DNA of 64,000 bases from an uncultured bacterium. Lineage in GTDB: Bacteria; Chloroflexota; UBA5177; JANWHV01. The stretch is taken from contig CAWHAE010000019.1 in assembly GCA_963827235.1 (NCBI GenBank), forward strand, positions 1 through 64,000, in the 5' to 3' direction. Made by a program: the position numbers and the translations under genes. How positions within the stretch are numbered: the stretch's first letter is position 1; the number at the start of each line of letters is the position of its first letter. The notes under the pieces were generated by a model that worked only from the letters and a program-made list of their open reading frames with translations, made no database searches and had not been told where the DNA came from. Below are positions 39,827-49,507 of the stretch, piece after piece.

Positions 39827-40447
39827 CGCCGTTCGGGAAGCTGATGTACGAGCCGCTCACGGTCGACTGGCCGTCGACCGCTGTGGCGGTCGTCTGGAAG
39901 CGGCGGAGGCTGCCGTCGCAGGGGAGGCGGGCCACCCAGTCGTACGACCGATCGCCCACATTAGGCTGCCACTTACCGGCCGGCGCGTCTGAATGGGGGA
40001 GTGCAGTCGGCGGTGGACAGCCGTACTATCAAGCGAGACTCCGGCAGACAATTCTGGACGATCGTGCAGAAGGCGCAGCGCTGCACGCCCGCAAGCCACC
40101 TTGTGCACGATCGTCTGGGTCACATGGGGCATGCTGCATCGGGATGGGACAGAAGAAGGGCGGGCCAGGTTACCGCACGCCCAGTCGTTGAAGGGTCGGG
40201 TTTGGCGTCGCCTGCTGCTGCTGGTGACCAGGGCTGCCCCGCGCCTGACGCCGGCTGAACGCCGCATTGTGCTCGCCCTCCACCCACTCCCCGTCGGTGC
40301 GACGCTGGCGGCGGTGGTCTCGACCGCGCAGGGCGAGAACGCGGCCATGCGCTTGCAGCGCGCCGACCCGGCAGGAGGGCTACCTCCGCTTCAGGCATCG
40401 CCTGGCTTTCGGTGTTGTGCGCTCGGCCGAGCGCCGGGAGAGCACCC

Positions 40448-42751
40448 ATGAGAGCACGGCAAGCTACGCGAGGGAAGCAGCTGATCGTCGCGGCAGCGAT
40501 CACCACGCTGAGTATCACCGCACTCCTCATCATCTGGTTGGTGCTGAAGCCGGGTCCGCGCGGGAGGACCGAGGCTATCGCGAACTGGATCGAACTGGCT
40601 GGCTCGCTTGCGACGTTGGCTTTCGTCGCATGGGGCACACGTGGCCTCTGGTGTGTACGGTCGGCGGGCGGCCGAGCTTGGGCGCCACTGTGCCTGACTC
40701 TCTACCTGGGACTCTACACACTCGGGCAGGTGCTCTATACCGTCTATGCTCAGATCCTGCATGAGACTCCCTTTCCCTCCTTGGCCGATGCGGCCTACCT
40801 GGCGGACTATCCCTTCTTCCTGGCAGGAGTGATCCTGCTGCCCGCCCGTCCGCTCTCGCGCACTGCACGGTGGCGATTGCTGTTCGACGGCGTGCTGGTA
40901 ATGGTCGCCCTGACCACATTCAGTTGGTATTTCATCCTCGGCCCGACTGTCCTTGGGAGCGCAGGGGGCTGGCTCGCAAGCGTTGTGGGCACAGCGTATC
41001 CACTGGGCGACCTGGTCGAGGCCGCGTGCCTGTTCCTGCTGGCGGCGCGCCCAATCGTCCCCGCCCTGCGTCCGACCGTCCTCCTGCTGGCTGGCGGCAC
41101 GTCCTTCTCGATCCTGTGCGACAGCATCTTCGATGTGCAGAGCCTGAAAGGCACCTATGTGGTCGGCACGCCGATCGAAGCCGGCTGGACACTGGCCGGA
41201 GCCCTGATCGGCCTTGCGACCCTGGCCGCCTGCCGGTTTCCGGAAGCTGCGGGACACGTCGCGGAACCGGTCCATTCTCCCGAACTGCCTGCTCTGTGGA
41301 AAGCGTTCACACCCGCCGCCGTGGTCCCCGCCGTCGGCGTATTGCTGTGGCGTGTGCAGACGCGGGGCGACAGCGCTCTGCGCCCCGGCCTGTATTTGTG
41401 CGCGTCCACTCTGGCGATCGTCGTCCTGCTGCGCCAGATCCTGGCTACCCGAGAGACGGCTGTCCAGGTCGCACAAACCGAACGATTGAACCGCGCCCTC
41501 GCAGAAGCAAATGCACGTCTGGCGGCGCGCCAGCAGCGGCTGTCCGCGCTGCAGACGTTTTCTGCCGCTCTTGCCTCAACGGTCACGCCAGGTGAGATGG
41601 GCGAGCTGGTGATGAGCAGCGGAGCGTTGCTCCTCGAGGCCCCGCTCTGCAGGATCCGGCTGTTGTCCGAGGATGGCACGTGGCTCGACCAGGTTGCCGC
41701 CGCCGGAGAGGGTGGCGGTCTTTTCCCTGTTCGCAGACCCAGCACCGAAGAGTCACCGCCCGCGGAAGCAGCCCGGACGCAGCAACCAGTCTGGCTCGAG
41801 TCCGCGGCGGATATGGTTGCCAGATTTCCCTCGTTTGCCCCGCCACTGGTGGCGAGCGGATACCGGAGTTGTGCGGCCCTTCCTCTGCTCATCGAAGGTC
41901 GCACAGTCGGCACGTTGGCACTCCTGTTCACTGACACGCGGGGGTTTGGGCTTGAAGACCGCGAATTCCTGGCTGCTGTGGCCGGGCTGATCGCGCATGC
42001 CCTGGACCGCGCCAGGCTCTATGTGCGCGAACAAGCGCGAGCCCGAGGGGCGGAGGATCTGGCGCGCATGCGCGGGGACTTCGTGGCCTCCGTGAGTCAT
42101 GAGCTGCGCACGCCTTTGACGGCGATCTTAGGCTACGGTGAACTGCTCGAATCGCGCTGGCGCATGCTGGATGACGCGGCACGACTGGAGCACGTGCGGC
42201 GCATGGTGTGGTCGGCGAACCGGCAAATGCGCTTGGTCCAGGACTTGCTGCTGGTTGGTCGCCTTGAACAGCGTGCGGTCAGTCTGGAGTGCAAGCCGAC
42301 CGATCTCGCTACGCAGGTCCTGCAGGCGGTCAAGGAGGTACAGGGTAGCTATCGCGGCCAACAGATCCTGATCAGCGGCGATGACGCGGTTCAAGTGTTC
42401 GCGGACGCGGCTCGGGTGACCCAGATTCTCGTGAATCTGCTTGACAATGCCGCCAAGTACTCTCCTGAGGGCAGTCCAATCGACGTTCGCTGGGACACCG
42501 AGGTGACTGACGTGCGGATATGCGTGCAGGACCGCGGAACTGGCATCTCGCCGGAGGGACAGAAACGACTGTTCACGCGGTTTGGCCGGATTCCCGGCAG
42601 CCCCATTCGTGCGGGCCGGATGGGGACCGGGCTCGGGCTGTTCCTGGGCCGTGAGCTGGCCCGAGCGATGGCGGGTGACCTTGTTCTTGAGACTACCGGT
42701 CCGCAGGGAAGTACGTTTTCCTTGCGACTGCCTATCCCCGAGTCTGCATGA
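40448..42751 (+). CDS. polytopic membrane GAF sensor histidine kinase
   Basis: ~10 TM segments, GAF, SHELRTPL, NAAKYSPEG, GTGLGL. Confidence 0.93.
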   Translation: MRARQATRGKQLIVAAAITTLSITALLIIWLVLKPGPRGRTEAIANWIELAGSLATLAFVAWGTRGLWCVRSAGGRAWAPLCLTLYLGLYTLGQVLYTVYAQILHETPFPSLADAAYLADYPFFLAGVILLPARPLSRTARWRLLFDGVLVMVALTTFSWYFILGPTVLGSAGGWLASVVGTAYPLGDLVEAACLFLLAARPIVPALRPTVLLLAGGTSFSILCDSIFDVQSLKGTYVVGTPIEAGWTLAGALIGLATLAACRFPEAAGHVAEPVHSPELPALWKAFTPAAVVPAVGVLLWRVQTRGDSALRPGLYLCASTLAIVVLLRQILATRETAVQVAQTERLNRALAEANARLAARQQRLSALQTFSAALASTVTPGEMGELVMSSGALLLEAPLCRIRLLSEDGTWLDQVAAAGEGGGLFPVRRPSTEESPPAEAARTQQPVWLESAADMVARFPSFAPPLVASGYRSCAALPLLIEGRTVGTLALLFTDTRGFGLEDREFLAAVAGLIAHALDRARLYVREQARARGAEDLARMRGDFVASVSHELRTPLTAILGYGELLESRWRMLDDAARLEHVRRMVWSANRQMRLVQDLLLVGRLEQRAVSLECKPTDLATQVLQAVKEVQGSYRGQQILISGDDAVQVFADAARVTQILVNLLDNAAKYSPEGSPIDVRWDTEVTDVRICVQDRGTGISPEGQKRLFTRFGRIPGSPIRAGRMGTGLGLFLGRELARAMAGDLVLETTGPQGSTFSLRLPIPESA

Positions 42752-42974
42752 TCGCTGGGCTCGCACGCTCCCCGCGCGCCGACCGAGTGACTCAGTGCCA
42801 AGCGGCTGGGCGGTGGCGGGCACATCTACGGCGGCCGTCACAACCGGGGCTCAATCTCTTGCAGACTGCAGTGCAAGAGCTTGGAGAGACCCGGCTACCG
42901 CACCCAACTGGGTTCTAGAAGGTGCCGCGAAAACGTGCAAGAATGGCATTAACCCTGCTTAAAGGAAATATCTG

Positions 42975-45443
42975 GTGCAAGGTCCGAATCCAAACGGCAG
43001 CGTCAACGGCGAGCTGCCGCCAACGCGACACAACGCGTGGCCCGCAATTGGGCTCGCCTTGCTCGCGAGCGCGACCTTCCTGGGTTTCTTGCTTGCGAGG
43101 CCGAGGGACTCGGCGTTCGTCACCGCCGGAGACGACCTCGGCACCATCGCCTGCGAACTCATCGGCCTCCTCTGTTGCGCTATTGGCCTGCATCGCGCTT
43201 CTATCAGTGGTGCTCGGCCCGGCGTTGGTCACACATGGCGTCGGTCTCGGCGGTGGGGGCTCATCCTGATCACCTGCGGCCTGGCCGCCACCACTCTTGG
43301 CGACAGCGTTTGGGCGGCCGATGAAGTAGGTTTGGGCCGCACAGTCTCGTCTCCCTCCTGGGTGGACGGTATCTATCTGGCGTCGTACCCGTTCTTGCTC
43401 GTGGGTATCCTCCTGCTTGCCCGCCGGCGGGCCTCGCACTTCAGCAAGCCCCGCGTCGCCATCGACGCGTGCATGGGGATCACGACCGCGATCACCCTCA
43501 GCTGGTATTTCGTTCTTGGACCGACCCTATTCCAGGGTGCGGGCTCCATGGCCGGCACGCTGGTGAACACAGCGTATCCGGTCGGCGATCTCCTCCTGGT
43601 CTGTTGCCTGCTTATGCTCGGGCTCACGCACACCGCCGATGTGTCGCGTCTGGTGACCGGCGCGCTCTCACTTGGGCTGAGCGCCTGGCTGGTGTCCGAC
43701 TGTTTGTATGATTACCTGTCCCTGCACGGCACCTATGCCACGGGCGACCTGCTGGATGTGGGCTGGGTGCTGGGTCCATTGCTCATTGGGCTGGGCGTTC
43801 TGTGGGCCGGGTCGGAGTCGCCCGCTTCCGGGGGGATCGCCGTCCCCCCGGAAGCGGACGAACACCCGACTCGGTGGTGGCAGGCTGTCATCTTCTCGGT
43901 CTCGCTACCCCTGATCGTCGCCTTCCAGATCGTGGTCAGCCACCTGGACGGCCCTACGAACCTCGAGACCGGCGTACAGGTCGGTACCATGATGGTCATC
44001 GCCCTGGTGGTGCTTCGTCAAACCCTGGCCGCGCTGGAGATTGCCCATCACGCGCGAACCTTGGAGCGGCTCGCCCGAACCGACGCACTCACCGGTTTGC
44101 CCAATCGCACGGCTTTGCAGACCCGACTGGCGCGGGCCGTGCGTGAGAGTCAGCTCAGTCGTCGTCCCGTCGCCCTCTTGCTGCTGGACATCGACAACTT
44201 CAAGGACATCAACGAAACCTGTGGTCATTACGCCGGTGACCAGCTCCTGCGCCATCTGGTGCCGCGTCTTCAGTCAGACCTGCGGCCCAGTGATCTGCTG
44301 ACTCGGCTGGGCGGAGACGAATTTGCAGCGGTAGTGCCCGGCACTTCCGTAACCGGCGCGGTCGCGGTGTCCCGCGCTCTTCTCCACGCCCTGGAGGCTC
44401 CTTTCGTGATAGACGGGCAGTCAATCGGGCTCACTGCCAGCATTGGCGCCGCCCTCGCACCCGAGCATGGTACCGACGTGGAAACGCTGCTGCAGCATGC
44501 GGACGTTGCGATGTATGTGGCCAAACGTGGCGCGCTCGGATGCGCGGTCTACGACCCACTCCTGGATACCCATAGCGCCACCGTGCTGGCGCTCACGGCC
44601 GACCTTCAGCGCGCCATTGCCGAGGAGCAGCTGGTGCTCCACTACCAGCCCCAGCTACTCCTCCAAACCGATCATGTCTACGGTGTTGAAGCGCTCGTGC
44701 GCTGGGCCCATCCAGCGCAGGGCCTGCTCCCGCCCGACCGGTTCATCCCCCTTGCGGAACGGACAGGCGCCATCATCCCGCTAACAGCCTGGGTGATCGA
44801 CAGCGCACTCGGCCAGTGCAGAGCTTGGCTCGATGCCGGCATCGATCTGGCGGTCTCCGTAAACATCTCACTGCGTAGCCTGCACGATCCGGGACTCTGC
44901 CGCACGCTTGAGGCTGCACTTGACCGCTATGCGCTAGCGCCTGACCGCATCTGCCTGGAGCTGACCGAGAGCATGCTCATGTCCGATGTCACGACTGCAA
45001 AGCTGGCGTTGCAGCAGCTGGCCACCCTGGGCATCCGGCTCTCTATCGATGACTTCGGTACCGGCTATTCCAGCCTCGCCTACATCGCGCACCTTCCGGT
45101 CACCGAGGTCAAGGTTGACCGGTCGTTTGTGCGGCGCATGACGACCGACGAGCCCGATGCCATCGTAGTTGCTTCGACTCTTGGTCTGGCTCGCTCCTTG
45201 GGTCTCAGATGCGTTGTCGAAGGTGTCGAGGACGCCGAAACCTGCAAGCTGCTCCGAAGCTGGCATGTGGATGCAGTTCAGGGCTACCATTTCTCCCGAC
45301 CACTGCCAGCCGGCGCTCTGGCATCCTGGCTGTATAGCCGGCCACCAGAGCCGCAGTGCACGCGGCTAGGCGTGGCACCACGATGTTCGGAGAGCACATT
45401 GCACGCCGAACCTGCACAGCTCAGCGCAGCCGGATTGCCCTAG
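42975..45443 (+). CDS. membrane diguanylate cyclase/phosphodiesterase (GGDEF-EAL)
   Basis: DALTGLPNR, RPSD I-site, GGDEF, EAL, ELTE, DDFGTGYSS, VEGVE, QGY all intact. Confidence 0.95.
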   Translation: MQGPNPNGSVNGELPPTRHNAWPAIGLALLASATFLGFLLARPRDSAFVTAGDDLGTIACELIGLLCCAIGLHRASISGARPGVGHTWRRSRRWGLILITCGLAATTLGDSVWAADEVGLGRTVSSPSWVDGIYLASYPFLLVGILLLARRRASHFSKPRVAIDACMGITTAITLSWYFVLGPTLFQGAGSMAGTLVNTAYPVGDLLLVCCLLMLGLTHTADVSRLVTGALSLGLSAWLVSDCLYDYLSLHGTYATGDLLDVGWVLGPLLIGLGVLWAGSESPASGGIAVPPEADEHPTRWWQAVIFSVSLPLIVAFQIVVSHLDGPTNLETGVQVGTMMVIALVVLRQTLAALEIAHHARTLERLARTDALTGLPNRTALQTRLARAVRESQLSRRPVALLLLDIDNFKDINETCGHYAGDQLLRHLVPRLQSDLRPSDLLTRLGGDEFAAVVPGTSVTGAVAVSRALLHALEAPFVIDGQSIGLTASIGAALAPEHGTDVETLLQHADVAMYVAKRGALGCAVYDPLLDTHSATVLALTADLQRAIAEEQLVLHYQPQLLLQTDHVYGVEALVRWAHPAQGLLPPDRFIPLAERTGAIIPLTAWVIDSALGQCRAWLDAGIDLAVSVNISLRSLHDPGLCRTLEAALDRYALAPDRICLELTESMLMSDVTTAKLALQQLATLGIRLSIDDFGTGYSSLAYIAHLPVTEVKVDRSFVRRMTTDEPDAIVVASTLGLARSLGLRCVVEGVEDAETCKLLRSWHVDAVQGYHFSRPLPAGALASWLYSRPPEPQCTRLGVAPRCSESTLHAEPAQLSAAGLP

Positions 45444-45563
45444 CACGTACCGGGCGGCGGCCTCGTCGAGGCCAGCTGCAGATGTCGCGGGAGCACTCAG
45501 AGTCCGCACTCACTGAGGATTTGTGGCACCAGGAAGGTCCGGCTCAGCACGGCGTTCAGGGTG

Positions 45564-46886
45564 CTACCGGTTGCCGATTGCATCACCGCGCAGGTGCATG
45601 GCCCGGGTCTCCTCGGCCGTGGTGACCGGGAGCCGCAGCCGGAACACACTTCCCTGCGTGCCCGTAGCAGCTAGCTCGAGGTCACCGCCCATCGCTTGCG
45701 CCAAGCTCCGGCTGACGTAGAGACCAAGGCCGGTCGCGGCATGGCCCGGACGGATGTGGCTTCCCCGAACGCGACCGAACCGGGTGAAGAGCAGTTCTCT
45801 CCCGCTTTCGGCAATGCCATCGCCCTGGTCGCGCACGTCGAGCACGACCTGTGAACCGTCCAGGACCCAGCTGACGGAGATCGAGCTGCCCTCCGGTGAG
45901 TACTTCGCGGCGTTGTCCAGCAGGTTGGACAACACCTGAGCCACGCGTGCGGCGTCCCCCCACACCCAGAGGCTTGACGGGCCCTCGCAGACGACTCGTT
46001 GCCCCGGGTAGCTGGCCTGCAGCTCTGCCGCAGCTTGCCGCACGAGTGGGGGTAGGGCGGTCGATGTGAACCGCATCTCCAGGCTCGCTGCTTCCAGCCG
46101 GCTGACCAGTAGCAGGTCCTCCACGAGCCGCTCCTCGCGACGGGCAGCCACCAGAATCTGGTCGACGCGCGCCAGGCGACGCGCATCACTGAACTCCTCC
46201 CAGTGCGACTGCAAGAGTTCGCCGAACCCGATGATGGCGGTGAGGGGCGCTCGCAATTCGTGGCTCACCCTGGCCACGAAGTCACTACGCTGGCGGGCGA
46301 GTGTCAGGAGCGCATCTTCCGCCGCGATACGCCCCGTGATGTCACGGCTGTTGATGACAACGCCACGCACTGCCGGCTCATCCAGCTGGTTCTGCATGAT
46401 CGCCTCGAAGGTGTGGTAGGTTCCGTCCGCGTGCAGTAGCCGGCTGACCAAGCGCTGTGTCCTGGCCGTGGCCACCACCTCCGCCAGCGTGGCACGCGCT
46501 CGCGGCACACTCTCCCGATCCATGAACTCGAAGCTCGTATGGCCCACGACGGCAGCCGGCTCGACGCCGAGCACAGCACGTTGCGACACACTGGCGTAGC
46601 GTATAGTGCCGTCCACATCCAGAATGCGTGTCACGTCGCCGGAAATCTCTGTCAGCGCGCGGTATCGCGCTTCACTCTCGGCCAACTGCTCTTCAGCTCG
46701 TTCGCGTCCCCAGACCGTACCATCGCTGAGCGGGGCGGTCAGGTCAGCGCCGGAAATGCATGCTCGCGTGGCCAGCTCGCCATGCTGGGCAGCACCTCCA
46801 TGCGACTGCCGCCGGGGCCCACTGCGGTGGGCAACGCGCCGGTCGGCGCGACCGGCTTTAGCGCCGCGGTGTGAACGTGCGACCAT
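45564..46886 (-). CDS. cytoplasmic PAS sensor histidine kinase
   Basis: PAS domain, SHELRAPL, NAAKYSPEG, ATGLGL; start uncertain (ATG 46886 used). Confidence 0.9.
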   Translation of the reverse strand: MVARSHRGAKAGRADRRVAHRSGPRRQSHGGAAQHGELATRACISGADLTAPLSDGTVWGRERAEEQLAESEARYRALTEISGDVTRILDVDGTIRYASVSQRAVLGVEPAAVVGHTSFEFMDRESVPRARATLAEVVATARTQRLVSRLLHADGTYHTFEAIMQNQLDEPAVRGVVINSRDITGRIAAEDALLTLARQRSDFVARVSHELRAPLTAIIGFGELLQSHWEEFSDARRLARVDQILVAARREERLVEDLLLVSRLEAASLEMRFTSTALPPLVRQAAAELQASYPGQRVVCEGPSSLWVWGDAARVAQVLSNLLDNAAKYSPEGSSISVSWVLDGSQVVLDVRDQGDGIAESGRELLFTRFGRVRGSHIRPGHAATGLGLYVSRSLAQAMGGDLELAATGTQGSVFRLRLPVTTAEETRAMHLRGDAIGNR

Positions 46887-47304
46887 AATACACTTCCATG
46901 TTCGTAGCGGCCCAGGCGACCACGCAAGAACCGACGGCGGATCTCCGTGCGCAGCGTAGCACCGGATCGCCACCGCGCCAATTCCCCATTCCGGCCATCA
47001 GTACACCAGCAGTACCGTCGTCCGCTTCACGCGGTGACCGGATCAGTGCCTCGAACTCAGCAGCACGGCGGCACTCGGCGGCAAGCTACGTCTGCACGAG
47101 TAACGTAGCATACGCCGAGCTGGCGCGAATCGGGTCCACGCGCGGCTGTCGAAATGCGTGCAAATGCTCCTCGGCGGGCTCATCCGTAGGCTGTGGCGGC
47201 GCTGGATGTTATCGGTTTCGACGCTGAACCTGGTTCGCCAAGTCGGTACCGGCGGCGGAATGCTCATCAGCGAGAGTAACTCCTCGGCCACGATGCCCCC
47301 AACC

Positions 47305-48024
47305 GGCTACTGGCGGTACTGCTCCGCACCGCCATCCGTGCCGTCAAGCCGGCCGACGTGGCCACCTTCCTCGGGCACAAGCTCGCGGCGAGCTTTCAGG
47401 ATGAACTGGGCAACGACTTCCACACGCGCATCGAAGGCACCCGTATCAAGCACCACATGGGACCGGTGGCCATCAAGCTCTATGACCAGGGCCTGGTGGA
47501 ACATCGCGGCGGCACGCGCGAGATGAAGCTCGCGCCCATGCAGAAGACCATCTATAGCCTGGCCCCGCTGCGAGAACTCCTGCTGGCCGCCAATCGGCGC
47601 TACCTGGCCTTCCTCTCTGACTTGCGCGGCCCCTCGGCCGGCGTGAGCCAGGTGGAGCGACTGGCCGCGCCCGTGCGCCAGGACGACCGAACCTATCGCG
47701 GCTTCAACCTGTTCGGCGCCGACGACCTGTCCCTCTTCTTGGCCCTGACCCGCGGCGAGTGGCACATCGGCGGCTTCCGCAACGCGAGCCTGCGCCGCGT
47801 CCTGCCGCGCCAGTCTGGCCTGCAGATCTCCCGCCTGCTCAAGCGCCTGCATACCCACGGCCCGATCCGCATGGTCGGCCACACCTACAAGTACTACCTG
47901 ACCCGCGCCGGCCAGCAGGTCGTGCTGACCGCCCTGAAACTGCGTGAGCTGCTGGTCATCCCCACTCTGGCTGCCGGCTGGACTTCTGCGCATCTTGCGA
48001 TCGACTTCATTGGAAAGAGACTAA
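47305..48024 (+). mobile_element. truncated transposase-like gene with C-terminal winged HTH (IS-like relic)
   Basis: AVKPADVATFLG..TRIEGTRIKHHMG..IKLYD..ANRRYLAFL..GFRNASLR..ISRLLKRLHTHG..TYKYYLT; 5' part missing and no proper stop; family recalled from memory, not searched. Confidence 0.6.
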
Positions 48025-48076
48025 ACGCGGTCGTCGCACTGGCACGCAGCACGGGCGCTCGTCGCCAGTGCTTCGA

Positions 48077-49414
48077 TCATCTCACTGCAGTCTTCGCGCG
48101 CGTCCAGGATGTCCCGGCCGGCGTGTCTGCGATCACATAGCCAAGTTCCTCGAGCTTCTCGCGCACTCGATCGGACTCGGCCCACCGGCGACTGTCCCGG
48201 ACCACAGCACGCGTCGAGACCAGCAGATCCACCAGCACCTGGCATTCCTGCCGCACGTTCTCGAGACGGTCCATGGCTTCAAGGACCTGAACCAATCCTG
48301 GGAGCAATCCCTGCAGTGCCTTCACCGCCAGCGCAGCCCGGCCCGGCGATGATTGTCCAAGTCCCGAGCCAGCCTGCACACTCAGCGCAATCAGGCCGTC
48401 CGCGGCGTCACGGATGTCGCGCCGGTTGAGGGCTTGCTCGACGCGCGTGCGCGCGGCGAGAATATCGGCATCCTGCACGCCGTCGGCGGTCTCGCGTGGC
48501 GGGCCAGTCACCGCCGGGCGGCTCACCGGCCCCGACGTTGCATGCAGGCACGTGTGGCGCAGACTCAGGTGATCACCGCGCGTGAAAACGGACTGGAGAC
48601 CCCCGCTGCGCTGCGTGATACTGCCCAGTCCAAGCACATCGGCATCGAGATCAGGCCGTATGAACAGCCCAGTGTGGTCGTCCAGTCCAACCACGAGCGC
48701 GTCGGTAGGAAGCTGGTGTTCCAGCGTCTCGAATCGCGTCTGTCCCATATAGCAGTAGCGTGTGTCATAGTCACCGCTGGCATTATTCCAGTGTGGCACC
48801 ACCGCGAGTTGAGGGCTCGTTGCAGCCAGCAAGTCCAACCCTGCAATCCATGCCGGGTCATCCCCTGCTTTGTAGATCTCATAGACGGGTATCGCCCAGG
48901 TTCCCACGCTGAGCGCTGCCGCGCTCGCGAACACCAACAGCGCTCCTGCCCGCCAGCGGGCGACCATCGCCTGCCAGGCCGGGCTCTCGCGCCACACGCG
49001 GATGGCGTAGCTCGGACTCCCGGGGCCGGCCAGAATGTAATTGGCCTGGCCGATCGCGCGCAGCGCAGCGCTCACCTCCTGGGCGCTTTCGCGACCGGTA
49101 CGGTAGCGCGCAACATCCAGTCGTAGCCCAAAGTGGCGCCGAAAATACTCGACCGCCTTGCGGTCAAGGGCATCAATGTTCGACTCGAAGCCGGCCGGCG
49201 TATCGAGGAACACCGGCCGGACCGGACCCTCGAGCCGCGCCATGATCGCTCGGTGCGTTTCGGCCATTGCGTCCGCCAGCTCACCGGAGCCAATCAGGGC
49301 GATGCTGCCGGGACCCCGGGCGTGCCGTGTTCCCGCGGCCACCGGACCGAGAATGAAGTCCCGCGCGCCTCCACCGGCCTCGACTGTGACATTGTACCGA
49401 GGATTCTTGGTCAC
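48077..49414 (-). CDS. peptidase S51/cyanophycinase-like protein fused to a CysRS C-terminal-like domain
   Basis: LIGSGE, AGPGSPSY, FASAAA, VPHWNN, RYCYMG, GLDDHT; C-terminus RRWAESDRVREKLEELGYVIADTPAGTSW. Confidence 0.8.
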   Translation of the reverse strand: MTKNPRYNVTVEAGGGARDFILGPVAAGTRHARGPGSIALIGSGELADAMAETHRAIMARLEGPVRPVFLDTPAGFESNIDALDRKAVEYFRRHFGLRLDVARYRTGRESAQEVSAALRAIGQANYILAGPGSPSYAIRVWRESPAWQAMVARWRAGALLVFASAAALSVGTWAIPVYEIYKAGDDPAWIAGLDLLAATSPQLAVVPHWNNASGDYDTRYCYMGQTRFETLEHQLPTDALVVGLDDHTGLFIRPDLDADVLGLGSITQRSGGLQSVFTRGDHLSLRHTCLHATSGPVSRPAVTGPPRETADGVQDADILAARTRVEQALNRRDIRDAADGLIALSVQAGSGLGQSSPGRAALAVKALQGLLPGLVQVLEAMDRLENVRQECQVLVDLLVSTRAVVRDSRRWAESDRVREKLEELGYVIADTPAGTSWTRAKTAVR

Positions 49415-49507
49415 GACTCACTTGTCCTTCTGCAACCCCGGTCCGCCCCGACGCAGACATGGCCGTGCCGTCGCATAGCAACGGCACGGCTACCTGCTGA
49501 CGGCTTC

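Noticed and set aside
40150-40410. ssb pseudogene on the minus strand (RRTDGEWVE)
   Set aside because: One short motif only; no OB-fold pattern or acidic DDIPF tail
48025-48140. C-terminal extension of the transposase-like ORF overlapping the S51 gene
   Set aside because: Read-through from a relic that lost its stop codon; sequence is not family-like
48077-49414. Annotation as cysteinyl-tRNA synthetase
   Set aside because: No Rossmann catalytic domain, HIGH or KMSKS; only the C-terminal region is similar
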